A DNA stretch of 64,000 bases from Takakia lepidozioides (GCA_030704615.1 CM060731.1:31434001-31498000); one strand, 5' to 3'; shown: positions 39,301-51,858, counted from the first letter of the stretch. Numbers and translations: made by a program. Notes: generated from the sequence alone by a model not told the origin.

Positions 39301-42300
39301 TTGTGTGGGCAACCCGAAGACAATATTCATTTTCTGATTCACTGTCCGGGGTACTCTCACCAGAGAGAAGCTCTCCTCCAATCTATCAAGAGAATTGAGG
39401 TAAGTCTTACTACCAATGGCAGCCCCTGACAGAAGTAGCTTCTGTCCCTTTGGTTTCCGCTCAAACTGGGCACGGGGTCAATGGTCACAAGGCTACGGCA
39501 AACAACGTCTTATGAGTACATTCTCTCTCTCTCTCTCTCTCCTATGGCCACAAGGCTACAGCAAACGTCTTATGAGTACATTTTTTTTTTCCCTCTCTCT
39601 CTCTCTCTCTCTCTTCTGCCCTGGACGCCCTCTTCAAATCCATCAAGGGATTTGTTCCTATACCTCTGTTTACCAACTTTGAAAATCTCGAGGCTGAGCC
39701 AAAAGCCCAGGCCCTTTTGGGGCCTAGTTATTGGGCAACTCACACACAGCAGATTGATGCGTGTGCAAAGGGATTTCTAGAGGATATCTGAAAAACTTGG
39801 ATCAATTGTCTGTTCCAAGGTGAGTCATACTACTGGCGTTAGCCCCTGACAAAGGTAGTTTCTGTCCCTTTGTATTCCACTGAAACTAGGCGCGGGTCAA
39901 TGGCCACAAGGCTACAGCAAAACAACGTGTTATGAGTACATTCTCTTCTGCCCGGGACACAGCCCAAGTGACAGGCAGAAGCCTCACGTGCCCTGCACAC
40001 ACCCCGCTCATGGCACTTATGTGGTAAATGCAGGGCTATAAAACTAACATCAATAACCTGGAACCGGGCTGTATGCGGACAAGTGCCTCTGTGAGCGCCT
40101 TAGTGGCAGTTGTGGAAAATTAAGTCTATACATGCAGCCAAGCTGTAGGGATAAGCTTCACCCTGGTGGGTGCAAACCCCACAAAAGGCTTTCAGAGGGT
40201 TAGTTTCCCATGGGGTCAATCATTGTAAGGCTATGGCAAGCCAGCGTTGACAGGGAACGGCATGAGTACATTCTCTCTCTCTTATGTCCTTTGGGCTCTC
40301 TGGGCCTTCCCAGGCTATGATGAATGTCCTTTTCTTTTTCTTCTTAAGCAGACTCTAGAGTACCCCAACTTTACAGCCCCAGTAGGCAGCTTTGCTGAGC
40401 CTTGTTCTTTGGGAGACAGAAATCAGATAGACAACCTACCCTGGCAATCCCACTTGACACATGGTCGGCAAACCTCAACCACCTCCAGGGCTGACTGCGT
40501 CCAGCTCATCGCCTCTGATACCGTCCCATAATTCAATGCTCCAATCACCCGGCTGTCTGTTCCCATGGGTTTCATGCGGGGAAGAGGGGCTGACAGTTGG
40601 AAACAGCTCTCAACCAGGCATGCAACCAGCTCCTCACGAAAAAGGCTTTCACTGTTGATACTTGCCAAATCCTCCCTTAATTTGGAGTCTTCAAACAATG
40701 AAGCTATGTCAGTACCCTGGAGGGGTTTCTGACCCCGCCGGACACTCTCTTTGGCAAAGAGATCGACACAGAGAGCTGTCCGGCAGATGCAAGCCAAAGC
40801 GTGCATGCGATCAGCTTCCACTCTCAGATTTCTGACCATCAATAGCAGTCGCTTGAAGAGTGAGATCTGCAAATGCAGGTCCAGAAGTTGCAGATACTTC
40901 ACAACTGCTCGCACAATGCTCTCCCTCCCTGCGGCAAATTCCTGGCGGTCCCAAAGCGTGAGCAATGCCGTGATTGGGGCAGAAGCCCACTCAGGCTTCC
41001 CCCCTGGAACATCTGCCAGAGAGAGCAGGTTGATGCTAACCTCGAATACTAAGGCCGGATCAAGAGCAAAGAGAAAGGGAACCAAGTGAGAAACCACATC
41101 TGAGACTCCTAATATCCGTTCTGCATTAACAAACTCTCTCTCCACAGATGGTCCTCGAGGGCTTCCATCATTCCCTGACAGCACCTGCATGAGACAGAAG
41201 TACGAGTGATAATTTCACATTAGTCAATGCAGGACTTTTTTGAACGACAGCAGACGTCTGCACGATTCCTGGAGGGTAGGAAAACCACAGGCATAGGGGG
41301 CGATCCTCACTCTTCTAATCCACCCATGTGCATTGCGATCTTTTGGGAATGATCACTAAGTGGTAGCTTGAAACACAGGTCACAATGTTACTGTCCATGT
41401 GGATTTAGGTCACAATTTCTTCACAGCGCCAAATCATTTCAAAAAGTACCAGGTCACCCCCAAGACAGATGAATGGGGAAACTACACCATTGCAGTCATC
41501 GCAGTCATAACAAAATCCCCACAGTATACCTCATTTGCTTAGTAATGGCCCTGTCATCAGTCCTATTGAGTATCCTCCACATGGTTCAGGGGAGAATACT
41601 GCGAGGAAATGTCAACCAGAGTGGACAAAGAAGGGACTAGTGGGCTGACCGACCACTGTGAGTCCTTTTCAAGATGCATTCTTTAATTTTCCAAAGTGGG
41701 AGAAGTATAATTATCCAGCTCAGCTACCTGCTGCGTTGTGCCCATGCCCAATTTGTGGAAGGCATGGGGGGGCAGGGGTTAGTGAACCAGGAGGAAATTA
41801 TGGGTGTGTGGATCCGTGGATGTGAGCGAGGGGGAGAGAGAGAGAGAGAGAGAAACAAGGGAAAGAGTGCTCAAAAACTGGCCTGCATGTCTTCCACCAT
41901 TCCAGTTGCCACTGCCTTGGCAGCAAAGACAAGAGGGAAAACCGACGAACGGAAGCTCTCAACAGTCAGAATGCGCGAACGTGCCATCAGGAAATCGCGC
42001 TTCTCCCACACAAATCGGCACATGGTCGCCACCCAATTAGAACGAATTGCAAGAGAGGCCTCACTTGGAACCAGCTTGTCACCTGCCAGTCGGCTCATTT
42101 TCTTCGTGGAAAACTCCAAAAACAGACGACCCACACCTTCGAATGCAATCCTGGTAACAGCATCTGAAGGATGCAGCATGCTCTCCCCTATCTGCCTCCA
42201 CCAGGTGCTAACTCGATCCAGCAGAGTGGCACTGGATACACAGAGAGTGACAAGATCATCACGTGCCAGCAAACATCCCAGGGTCTCCACAATTGCATAG

Positions 42301-42695
42301 CGCAAATTAGGGTTCTCGTTCGCAATACAGTTAGAGATCTCCTTACTGCAGTCAATGATAAACTTGCCGAGCCTCCATGAAGGGATGGCCGAGAGGAATG
42401 AGACGGCAGCTGCTGTTACATCTGAATCTGGGAAATCAAAATCGTTCCGGATTCCCCTGCACACTGTCTCCCATTGATCAGCTGTGAGGCGCGTACATCG
42501 GACCAGATCAAAAGCCAGCTTCTTGCACACGGCACTGGCAGGGCTGGCAATGATCTCCTCGCATGCAGATCTGGATATTGAAGAAATGTCTTTTCCAGCA
42601 GCAGCATGCTGAAGGGCGAGTAAAAGCGCCTGTGCCTGACGGAGCCCATCATTGGACGCAAGCTCTACACGAATGTGTGCAAAAACTTGGTCCAT
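33334..42695 (-). CDS. TPLATE: TPLATE, large adaptin-like subunit of the TPLATE/TSET endocytic complex, 10 exons, about 1155 aa
   Basis: Exons 42695-41883, 41184-40440, 38143-37974, 37726-37554, 37055-36867, 36365-36062, 35491-35369, 35134-34661, 34436-34203, 33576-33334 (3468 nt, in frame). Recognisable motifs SPASAVCKKLAFDL, EVCRPCVKWDC.GRTYA.DCYLKLLVRLC, GDYPF.HHKL.VQ, GSSDPCY.EAYH, KPFHKVCSHI.RTVAGFQLCYAA.TWYG, HRALQAAVLQEW. Confidence 0.95.
38215..40282 (+). mobile_element. Head-to-tail array of six LINE 3'-end copies with (TC)n tails in TPLATE intron 2 (antisense to the host gene)
   Basis: (TC)n at 38215-38238, then copies at about 38241-38467, 38471-39039, 39041-39540, 39544-39613, 39614-39946 and 39946-40282. 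Each ends ...aaggcta.(g/a)gcaa...atgagtaca(a/t)t followed by (ct)n. The longer copies encode LRAGSLPL...C.LC...ED..HFL..CP (C-terminal CCHC). Confidence 0.88.
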
Positions 42696-44198
42696 TTCAG
42701 CAATCTATGCAACACCAAGTACTTGCTCCTCTGCGCATGCTCCCCTTCGGAGCATTATTCTCTCCGCATCCACACTCCTCAGAAGCCTGCCCTCTCTCTC
42801 TTCTTCTCTGCCTCCCCTGTTTCTCCTATGTTTTCCAAGCATGAGTAAATTACCTGCATGTGGGTTTATGGACACTATAGTCGTGTAGCTTTTATCAATT
42901 TTTCATTGATGCCATTCACTCAGCATTTCTCTTCTGTGTCTTCTCCATGACTACCTAGAAGCTTTGTTGGCCCTGACTGCATAATGCATGAATTTCTGGC
43001 CATATCTGAGTATAAAGGCGATGAATATTGAGGTGTTGGATGTGGGGGGTAGTTATACGGAATTGTTTTTGGATGAAGCTGATAGTCAAGGAGGGCAGTC
43101 AGTGCTGGTGCAGATCTTTGGCCTTTGGATAGAGAGTGCTCTGGTCCTGGTACAGGAGCAACAAGTCTGACCAAAGAGGCTTACTTCAGAGGCTCTTTGT
43201 TGTAGAATCAAGCGTTAAGAAGGCTTATACACAAGTCTTTGTTGATAATTCCTTACCTTGTGAGAAATGCAACGGTTTCAGGCGAATGATTCGGATGAAT
43301 ATTGGGGTGTGGAATTTGGCATATAGTTCTCGCCAGCATTGCTGTGCTTGGACAACTACTGTTTTTCATCTTGAAACTAAGGTTGAATGTCTTCGTCTGA
43401 TGCAGTTAGACAACATTTTCGATCCCTCTCATAGTTTGATGCTCTATGTCTCTGTCGACATCCTCCTGGTGGTTGAGATGATAACTTATCACACGGCTAT
43501 GGGATTTGAGTAATTACCTTCCTTCTACTATTACTTGAAGTTCAAGGTACGTAGAGCAAGAAGTAAGCAAAACTGGAACACTGAGAACCACGACATCCTG
43601 AAGATTCAATGCCCTTTCACCATTTGAGGGGACAAAAGCATGTGATTCGCCCGTGCCATTGGAACTAGAGAGTGGAAGGAAGTATGAAATGGAATGGTAC
43701 TTTAGAAAGGAAAGGAACTTTATAATATCCAAGGAAAAATCAAAGAGGAAGAAAGAACGAAATTGGTTCCCTCAACAAGCAAAACCCATTCATCAGGAGA
43801 ATCGATGGAAAGCTTCATGCGAAAATGCTGCCAAGCAAAGAAAGGAATTCATCGTGACCACACAAGTCTGGAGAGGTAAGGAACAGAACAAGAAGTCACT
43901 TCCGAAAACACCAAATGTCTCTTAAAGGTGATATGCCACATCTAGTATGCTGCCAGACACTGTGGGAGTCAGGTGAAGAGATGTCGAATAATTGATTGAT
44001 TCCGATTTCACTTCTTTCTGGGATCAAAAAAGTTCATGATTCAGTAGCACCGTAGAAACCGAGCTGTGCTCAGAGAGTCTGCAAATTTTTGTTGACACAT
44101 AAGAGACATGCTTAGAGCACTCATGCTAGAAAACTCAAATTTCAATCTTATCTCAACAAAGATAGTTTTGGACAGAAACACATTCTATAGAGTGAAGC

Positions 44199-47100
44199 CT
44201 AACTGCCAGGGGCACTACCCTCATATCCAGAGAGCCATGTCTCATGGATCAATTTCCAATGCAATCCATTGGGAAAGTCCGGCTGCAGCACAAACCCAGA
44301 CAAACCCATCATACATCAACATATGTTCTAAAAGCGGTACCACCAGTAGCTAGGAAACTTCGTGGTCCAAACTGAAGGCTTTAGTCTCAACCTGCAACAC
44401 TACAGATGTAATCACTACTGGAATAAATGCATAGAGGCACAACCAAATTACTATTTTGCAAAAATTAGAAATATGTCTAGAGAGCCATGCCGATGGCACA
44501 GAGACTGAATAAGTGATTCTAACACTAACTCTCTGTTGGTTCCTTAGACAACATTTGACAATGTTAACCCCACACCCTGCCTTCACTGCTCTTACTCTAC
44601 AATATGAAATGTGACCTGAGCCCTGACATAAAGTGCAACTAAAAGCAAGAGAGCTCACATTGGTTTGTAGCAGAGCTGTTGTAAGAGAGCAGGTCAGCCC
44701 TTTCTCTGAACACAGTAGGAAATAGTGAATTTATGAATTAGGATTCTGATCTCACCTTCCAGATGAATGCCTGAGCACAAGGTCATAAATAATCAACTTA
44801 CTTATTTACACATTCAGATCCAGCACTTCTGTGCAAGCACAGCAAAAGCAGCAATAAGATTCCGTGAAGATTAACATAGGCAGGAATCCGATTGATTGTC
44901 ACTTGTGAGCTCCTCCAAACTTACCCTGTTCCACAAAGTGGACATCCAGGTGGTGATTTCTTCCGACTAAAGAATGTCCCCTTACAGTAGACCAGGAAAT
45001 AATGTCCTAATGTTACTGATCAAGAGATGGGGAGCACATACTACAAAGCGCCCACCTGATCTCTGCCATGTGTCAAATCTGACAATCCAGGAATCATCAC
45101 TGAGCTTCGCAGAGCGGACACGATCAACCCAGATGTGGAAAAGCTTCCCTTTCTGAGAGCCATGAAGGGAGCGAAGATAATCTATTCCTTCGTGTGGGTT
45201 CTCTATAATTCCCCATGCACATACGCGACTTGAATCCTGTGCCTGTCATTTCAACATCACCACTAAAACATCTTAATGCAGCATCCTCCATGGAAGAAAC
45301 AAAACTACCTAGCAGTTGAAAGGAATAAATTCGTGCATCTTTCCTTTGACCTAGAAACCATTTCAGAGATAGCTGCAAATCTGCAGTGTCTTGATGCATC
45401 TTAGATCCACGCATTGTGACCAGGAAAATTTACATCTCACTGAGAGAAATGTAAGAGGATTGACTGTCCACTTATGAAACAAGGAAGAGAATGTACACAT
45501 GGCCAGCCCATACAAACCTCTGGGGTACCCGTGAATAATCCAGGAGGGGCAACTCAAATGACCGGCCGTCAGTTCATAGATTACTCACCAATGAAAGGAC
45601 CAACCATTGGACACAGACAGATTGACTGACAAAAGAAAAAGAAGTTCTGCATATGCACCAAACCAAACTTCAAGCGATTGAAAACTTCATTGGAGCCTTC
45701 AATGTCACCCCGCAGCCACTGCTCCAGCAGCATCAGGTACTCAACCACCTCATGGGCCGCAGCCACTGCATCAACCTTGGGGGCCAGTTTGTCATGCACC
45801 GTAAGTGGCACTGGACGGTCTCGAGGAGATATGTTGGGTTGCAAATCAAAGTGTTGCATTGCCTCAATGATGCCCGCCGCACATCGCTTTGTTGCACAGA
45901 AGATATGGGACTTATCACCAGCATGCTGTGAGTGCCATTGGAGCAATTCCTCCTGAGCATTGGCTACCTGCCACCGTGGAAATTGGTGTCAGACAAACAT
46001 AAGAGGAAGACATGTTCACTAACCACTCCATAGCTATGACAAATACTTGAGGGCCAAGTAACTGTGGAGATCGCTCTCAGAGCTAGACATAGGGTTTGTT
46101 GTTTACTCTTTCAACACAATAGGGCCAATGTAACCCTCACGGCTGGTGGACCCACAAAAAAGAAGAGGGTTGAGAGGAACAGACAACAGACATTGAGAAC
46201 TTACAATCACCCCGCACACATCAGCCACATTGAAAAGTTCAGCGTCGTTGCCCGAGTCTCCGCAAACGAGAGTCTGTGTGGGACTGCGGCCCTCGGCCTT
46301 TAGTTTGCGCAGCAAATAAGCCAGAGCCTCCCCTTTGCCGGCAGCTGCCGGGAGCACATCAAGATCGAGTCCTCCACTGTAAATCAACTTGAAATTGAGC
46401 TGCGATTGACCATACTCCAACCATACATCATCATTTGTCCGTCTAAGACCCTCCCATGACACAAAACAACACTGCAAGATTACACTACACCTACTTTTCT
46501 GTCAGAAAGAGGATGGAGGAGTGCTTTCGGTATTGCTTTCCAGAAAACTTTCCAACTGCAGGTATCATCTGCAAGCTCAAGTTCAAGTGGCCATGAAGAG
46601 GGTGCTAGCACTCACAGCTGAAGCTAAATGAGATCACAGTCGGCTGTCAGGACACAAATGCTTTTGTCTCTCTATCCATGCTGCAATGTATTTCTCTCCT
46701 TGTCAGGATGCGGAAAATGCATCATGCAACTAAGATTGCATTTCAAACTGATATACTAGCTAAAAACTTTGGATATAACTCAGATATGGGTCATTGTGAC
46801 AAGTAGATATGGATTAATACTGTTTTGTGTGCATCAAGCCGACTCACCCCGCTACCCAATGAAGATGGTATCAGGGAGGGAAAGATAGGAAGACAAATGA
46901 AGAGTGGCGAGCAATGCTTGCAGTAAAGAGAATACACTTTTGCAGTTGTAGCAAGGGATTAGAACTGTAAGAGCTTACCCCACGAGCCTTCAATTTCTGC
47001 TTCAGAGTCGGTATCACCAGCGTAGCATCCTTCTTCTCCACATGAAAACTTACTTTATGTGGCCTTTGTTCTGAATCACACTGTCGAATTGTGACAAAGT

Positions 47101-49093
47101 GAACTTGATAAGAGACACTTTCCTCTTTTTACAGGACCAACTTGCTTGCACCTCTAAGTGCAATCACAACCTTACAGGGGAGTGCTCAATGACCCCTTCA
47201 GCCCAAATTCGGTCCTTCACTATAACACAAAGCACACCTCTTTCCATCCCTGAAAGCCAAATTTTTCAAATGCCATGTTACATTGATTGCAAATGATGAC
47301 TTCAGCCGTAGACAATTTTCAGTCCACCTTTGTAAAGAGATCAGAAACCAGTTGTACCTGATATTTCAATGACATCTCCTTGGCAACTTCCTCAACAGCT
47401 ACACGATCCCAGCCTTGACTGAGCTCTTTCACCCACCCCAGATCTGGGGTCATGGTATCCCCATACATAATTTCCGTGCCAACTGACATTATCGCGATTC
47501 CTGGCGTCAATAATGGCACCTCTGACCTCAACTCAAAATACAAAGATGGGGACCTGCCCGTCGAAAACACTAACAATGAATCATGGTTGAACTCCGCCTC
47601 CCACAGGGCACCAAAACGCAGCAATGAATTGTTGTCATGATCTTCGTGGTCCACCTGAAAGCACCCCACCATGTCTCCCTCTCTCAGCAGACTACAACTA
47701 TTAATAACAGGGTCAAAGACATCACTACCAAGGCACACTCTAACAGCATATCACCTAAATTCTAATACTTCCCATGCAAAACAAAACAGCTAGGGCCAAA
47801 GCTGCCCATGATTGTTGGAGCTTTTTGTATCAACTCTGATTATACTCTTGGTTATTCTCACCACTGCCATTACAAGCTTCTGGGGTTCCAGCAATGGTGG
47901 ACAAAACACACAAGACCAGCACTGCTCGGCACACTCTTATACAAGGGATGATGGACATTGTTCCCAACAGGCTGCAAAGTGGTCCAACTATACTTACAGA
48001 ACAACCAAACTGTCCTTGTGAGAACTTTCCTGAGGCGGTTGATTCAGCTGAAGCTGATAAATGTCTGTGTGACGTTCAGCATACTTTGGGGGAGGAGGAG
48101 AAGAGAGAGGTACTCTCATATGAGGGTGAAGTTTTTTCATGCCTTGAGGCCCATAGAACCCGCCTCTTCTCTTAGAGCTGAGAGAATGCACTTTGGAGTC
48201 CAGTGCCAAGCATTACAGAAAATGGCCTATGTCCACTAACCACACAGGATATGACCACTCCCCATGGTAAGCACTTTTAGAAACTGAAACAGTTCTCTTA
48301 GCGCCAACAGAATCGCATTTCAGAATTGGTGCTTCACTCTCGATGGTTCCAAACTAACTGCTACAATTAGTGGCAAGTTAAAGCTACGAGAGTCTATTCA
48401 CTTCCCATTCACTTCCAGATTAACTTGAGGCCAAGCGACTGAATGTTTCCACACAATGAAAGCCGAGAGTTGATGAGTAAGGGTGACCTTGAAATGCGCG
48501 CAAGTAACGTGCACTCGTCTTTACAAAAGCAATGAACAACAGCAATGAACGTTGAAGTACAGTGGCTAACGTACATGTCAGTGGCATGGAAAAACATGCA
48601 CATGCAGAACTGGACATCAACACGCACCACATTACAACGCAAGAAATCGAAAACCTTAAAAGACTTGAGTTGAAAAGGAACTGGGACACCTGCTCCTTTA
48701 AAGGAGTGTCGTTGGTCGTAACAGACACCCAATCTGACACTCAGCGTATAACTCCAGTGTTTGAAGTTACTTTCCAGGCATGGTGGCTTTGGAAACCCAA
48801 ATGAAAATTCAGAACAACAGCGTGCACAGTAGTGGCCATCAAAGGTGAAATGTGAAGAGGAGACTAGATTACAGAACCGACTTCAAAAAGAGAGTTCTCC
48901 TTGGCACAGACTACATTGAGACTGCCCGGCTTCCAAAGCTGTTGGCAATGCTGAATGCAAGACCGAGCACGTACTAGACGCAAAATAAAGGGGAGGCTCT
49001 GTTAAGAAAATCCTGAAAAGGAGGGTGACGGCACACCATGGTGTGGTCCAGGTCCGAAACAATCATCAACCGTGGCGCTCCCTTGAATTCCAT
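44199..49093 (-). CDS. SPP: Sucrose-phosphate phosphatase (HAD fold plus S6PP C-terminal domain), 8 exons, 425 aa
   Basis: Exons 49093-49037, 47654-47358, 47080-46979, 46399-46205, 45967-45659, 45242-45056, 44705-44659, 44282-44199 (1278 nt; all GT-AG and in phase). HAD motifs MIVSDLDHTM, FSTGRS, EQRPHKVSF, GKGEAL, CGDSGND; C-terminal WVDRV and IHETW. Confidence 0.95.
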
Positions 49094-49812
49094 GACGCCT
49101 TCCTCGCCGAGTCTCGGAGGTGGGAGAGAGGCAAGGGAGCACCTCGAAAGCGCCCCGACCCAAGCACACCACCTGGCCTGCTCTCTGCAAAAATTGGCAG
49201 TCAGCAGAGAAACACCCTGAGAGAGCACACACGGAGGGGGAGGGAGAGGGAAGAGAAGAAGTGAGGCCGAGAACAGATTATATAGCAGAGTGGATCTTAA
49301 AAAATGCAATCAAAGAGCGCAATAAGAGTTTCTGGGCACCCAAGAGGCAGGACCCACACCTGTAATTCCGTGCGAAACAGAGCTCAGGTGATGAAAGCTG
49401 TGACGATAGGACCCAGCACGACATACAGCCTGCAGTGCCCACACAGCCCTTGCAGATTTGCCACGGATTTTTTTCTCTGTTTTTCCATGTTCTGTACTTG
49501 CGGATTCTTGGGTGAATTATACTCTGCGATAATTTAGGGCTCGAAGTTCTGCAAATTCGATTGTTAACACAAGATCAGTGTGAACGCTGATCAGTCGCAA
49601 AGTTAGGAGCTGCCAACAAGATGCTTGCTGGGCATCTCCGGATCCCATCTGGGCCCCATGACTCAGTCCTTTGCTCTTACTATAGAGAATTTTCCCTTAT
49701 CTTTTTTAAGGTTGGCCATGGCAAGCATATGCTGAGCAAGCGGTACACTTTGCAGCACAAGGACGTGACAAGTGACCTCCACTGATTCGGTACTTGGGCC
49801 AAGCCCAAGCTG

Positions 49813-49956
49813 TTTTTTTTTTCTCTAGGCACACAGGTGGGAAACGTCTCCACCAGAGTCATGAACAATCCACACCAGGCAGGGCAGCGGGTTTGAACCC
49901 CGAACCACCAGTCGACACACTGTGCACTTACCAGCTGAGCTACCAGCTGATGTGCC
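49813..49956 (-). mobile_element. tRNA-derived SINE (about 144 bp) with poly(A) tail
   Basis: On the minus strand: A box TAGCTCAGCTGG, B box GGTTCAAACCC about 30 nt downstream, a tRNA-unrelated body, then an A10 tail. No TSD found. Confidence 0.78.
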
Positions 49957-50016
49957 TTCATTTTACAAAAGTTTTAAAAATAAATAAATAAATAAGTCCT
50001 TTGGGCATTCTGTATT

Positions 50017-50104
50017 AGATAACTGGCTGGGATTGGCATATGATGCGACCCTGCCCGGGAGGGCGAACGGGGAGGCATAGTATGCCAATCCCAGCCCGTT
50101 ATCT
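50017..50104. repeat. Long inverted repeat / hairpin
   Basis: agataactggctgggattggcata (50017-50040) pairs with tatgccaatcccagcccgttatct (50081-50104) with one mismatch; pairing extends imperfectly to about 30 bp. Confidence 0.85.
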
Positions 50105-51858
50105 GGCGTAAGGGATTTTGGGGGGCGTGTGATTGGCTGCAGGCCATAATGTATAGGGTAATGTCCGGAGTGGAGGGCATTCCCGGATTTGAGGGCCTGA
50201 AGGGCGGTAGGGGAAGGCCCGAAAATCCAGCAGTGCCTGACACGAGGGCATTACCTTGCGTAAAGAAATGCCAAAAATTTAAAAAAAAAACTAATGGCCG
50301 GTGTATTCTGCATTCTGGAATGCACTTGAGGGAGCGGATGGGGTGCACTCCCCATGAATTCTGCTTTTTAACGGCACGATAAATACAAACAAAATTTTTT
50401 GGCAGTGCTTTATGAGGTGCTAAAAGTCAAACAGCCGATTATAAGAGTCAAACTACCGATTATGAATGCAGAATGCGCCAGCACTCTGGAGCGACCATCT
50501 TCCGCTTCTTAATTTGCCTCAAAAAAGGCATAATCTGCCCCCAAAATACTTTACATTGAGGGTATCATCCCCATTCTCTAAAAAACTAAAACTAAAAAAA
50601 TTAAAAAAAACTGCAAGCCGGGCTTTTACTTGGCGATAGAAACAAGCTGGCACCACTATTGTAGATATGTGGCTGTATGACAGGTGGCCCGTTATGACAG
50701 GTCCATGGTGGTGATTGGTCTTCCGACCCTAGCCTATTCTGGCCAACTTCCCCCCCCAATAGCTTAATTCCTTTCTAGGTCAAAATATGAGGATTTTTTG
50801 CCAGAACAGTGGTCTCCGGCATCACTTGGCATATCAACTTAGGCCCCTAATGGGGACCAAACAAGGGAGGAGGTGGGTATAAGTCTTGGGCCCAAGTCAT
50901 TATTATTATTTTTTATTTTTTTTATTTTTTTATTTTGTTTTATTTTTAAGTCTTGAGCCCAAGTCAGCACCTTGTAGGCGCCAAGTTGGATTAAACTGTT
51001 TTGGCCTTTTGACCAAAAGGCAAGGAGGGCCGAGATGCAAAACCGACCAATTGAATCACTTGGCCACCTAATGTAAAACGGCCCTGAGAGTTGTCATGTT
51101 CCTTGGGGTCACATAGCTGAACATTAAATTCCACACCGGAACTCTTGACTTGATCTGGGATGGAATTAAGAACTCCCCTGTTTTAAGAAAAACAAAAAAA
51201 CAAAAAACAAAAAACAAAAAAGTGTATATGCCCAAAAGAAAGAAGAAGAAGCAACTTTTGAAGCCATGATACCCTAGGGACTATGGCCTACACATTGTAA
51301 CGGTCTTTGCTTGTATATCTACTAAGAAGAAAACGACATGCAGGCTCTCAAAAGTTGCAATACCAGTGTCATGACAAGATATGCCACGGACACGCGGTTA
51401 TTTTTCCGGCATTACAACCCGTTGGAAGTTGCAAGGCTACAACACCTGTGCATGCAGGTAGCCGGCAGACACATCCAACATAGAAACAACAAACCAACGT
51501 CAAGCATAAAAACAAAACACTTCTTCACTGATTTGATTGTTTCTGCATTGTGGGCAACATTTGGGCATGAGTGAAGGTTCTCACTTTGGGTCGCGGCGGT
51601 ACGGGTGTCTGGCAAGTAGCAAACATGTAAGGCTTTTAGAAAGCGTAAAGAGCTTTCAGATTTTTCCCTAGAAGGAAACCGGTGACCTTAAACCTGTGAA
51701 TCTACACACCAGGTTGGCTAGTGCGTTAATCTACCCGCCAGCCCGGCCAGTGCATTACAACGTTCCAGCTACGTTCCCTCTGCGTTCTTCAGTAAGCCTC
51801 CTCGTGTCGGGGATTACCTACACAAGAAAAAACATGACAAGACAAGATATGTTCCTAC

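Noticed and set aside
38388-39429. 212-aa and 155-aa + strand ORFs as nested genes in the TPLATE intron
   Set aside because: They are chimeric read-throughs of adjacent LINE 3' fragments with non-ATG starts; treated as mobile-element sequence.
40097-40190. Functional tRNA gene
   Set aside because: A T-arm and partial acceptor pairing are present, but there is no proper D-arm or anticodon arm and it is fused to a LINE tail.
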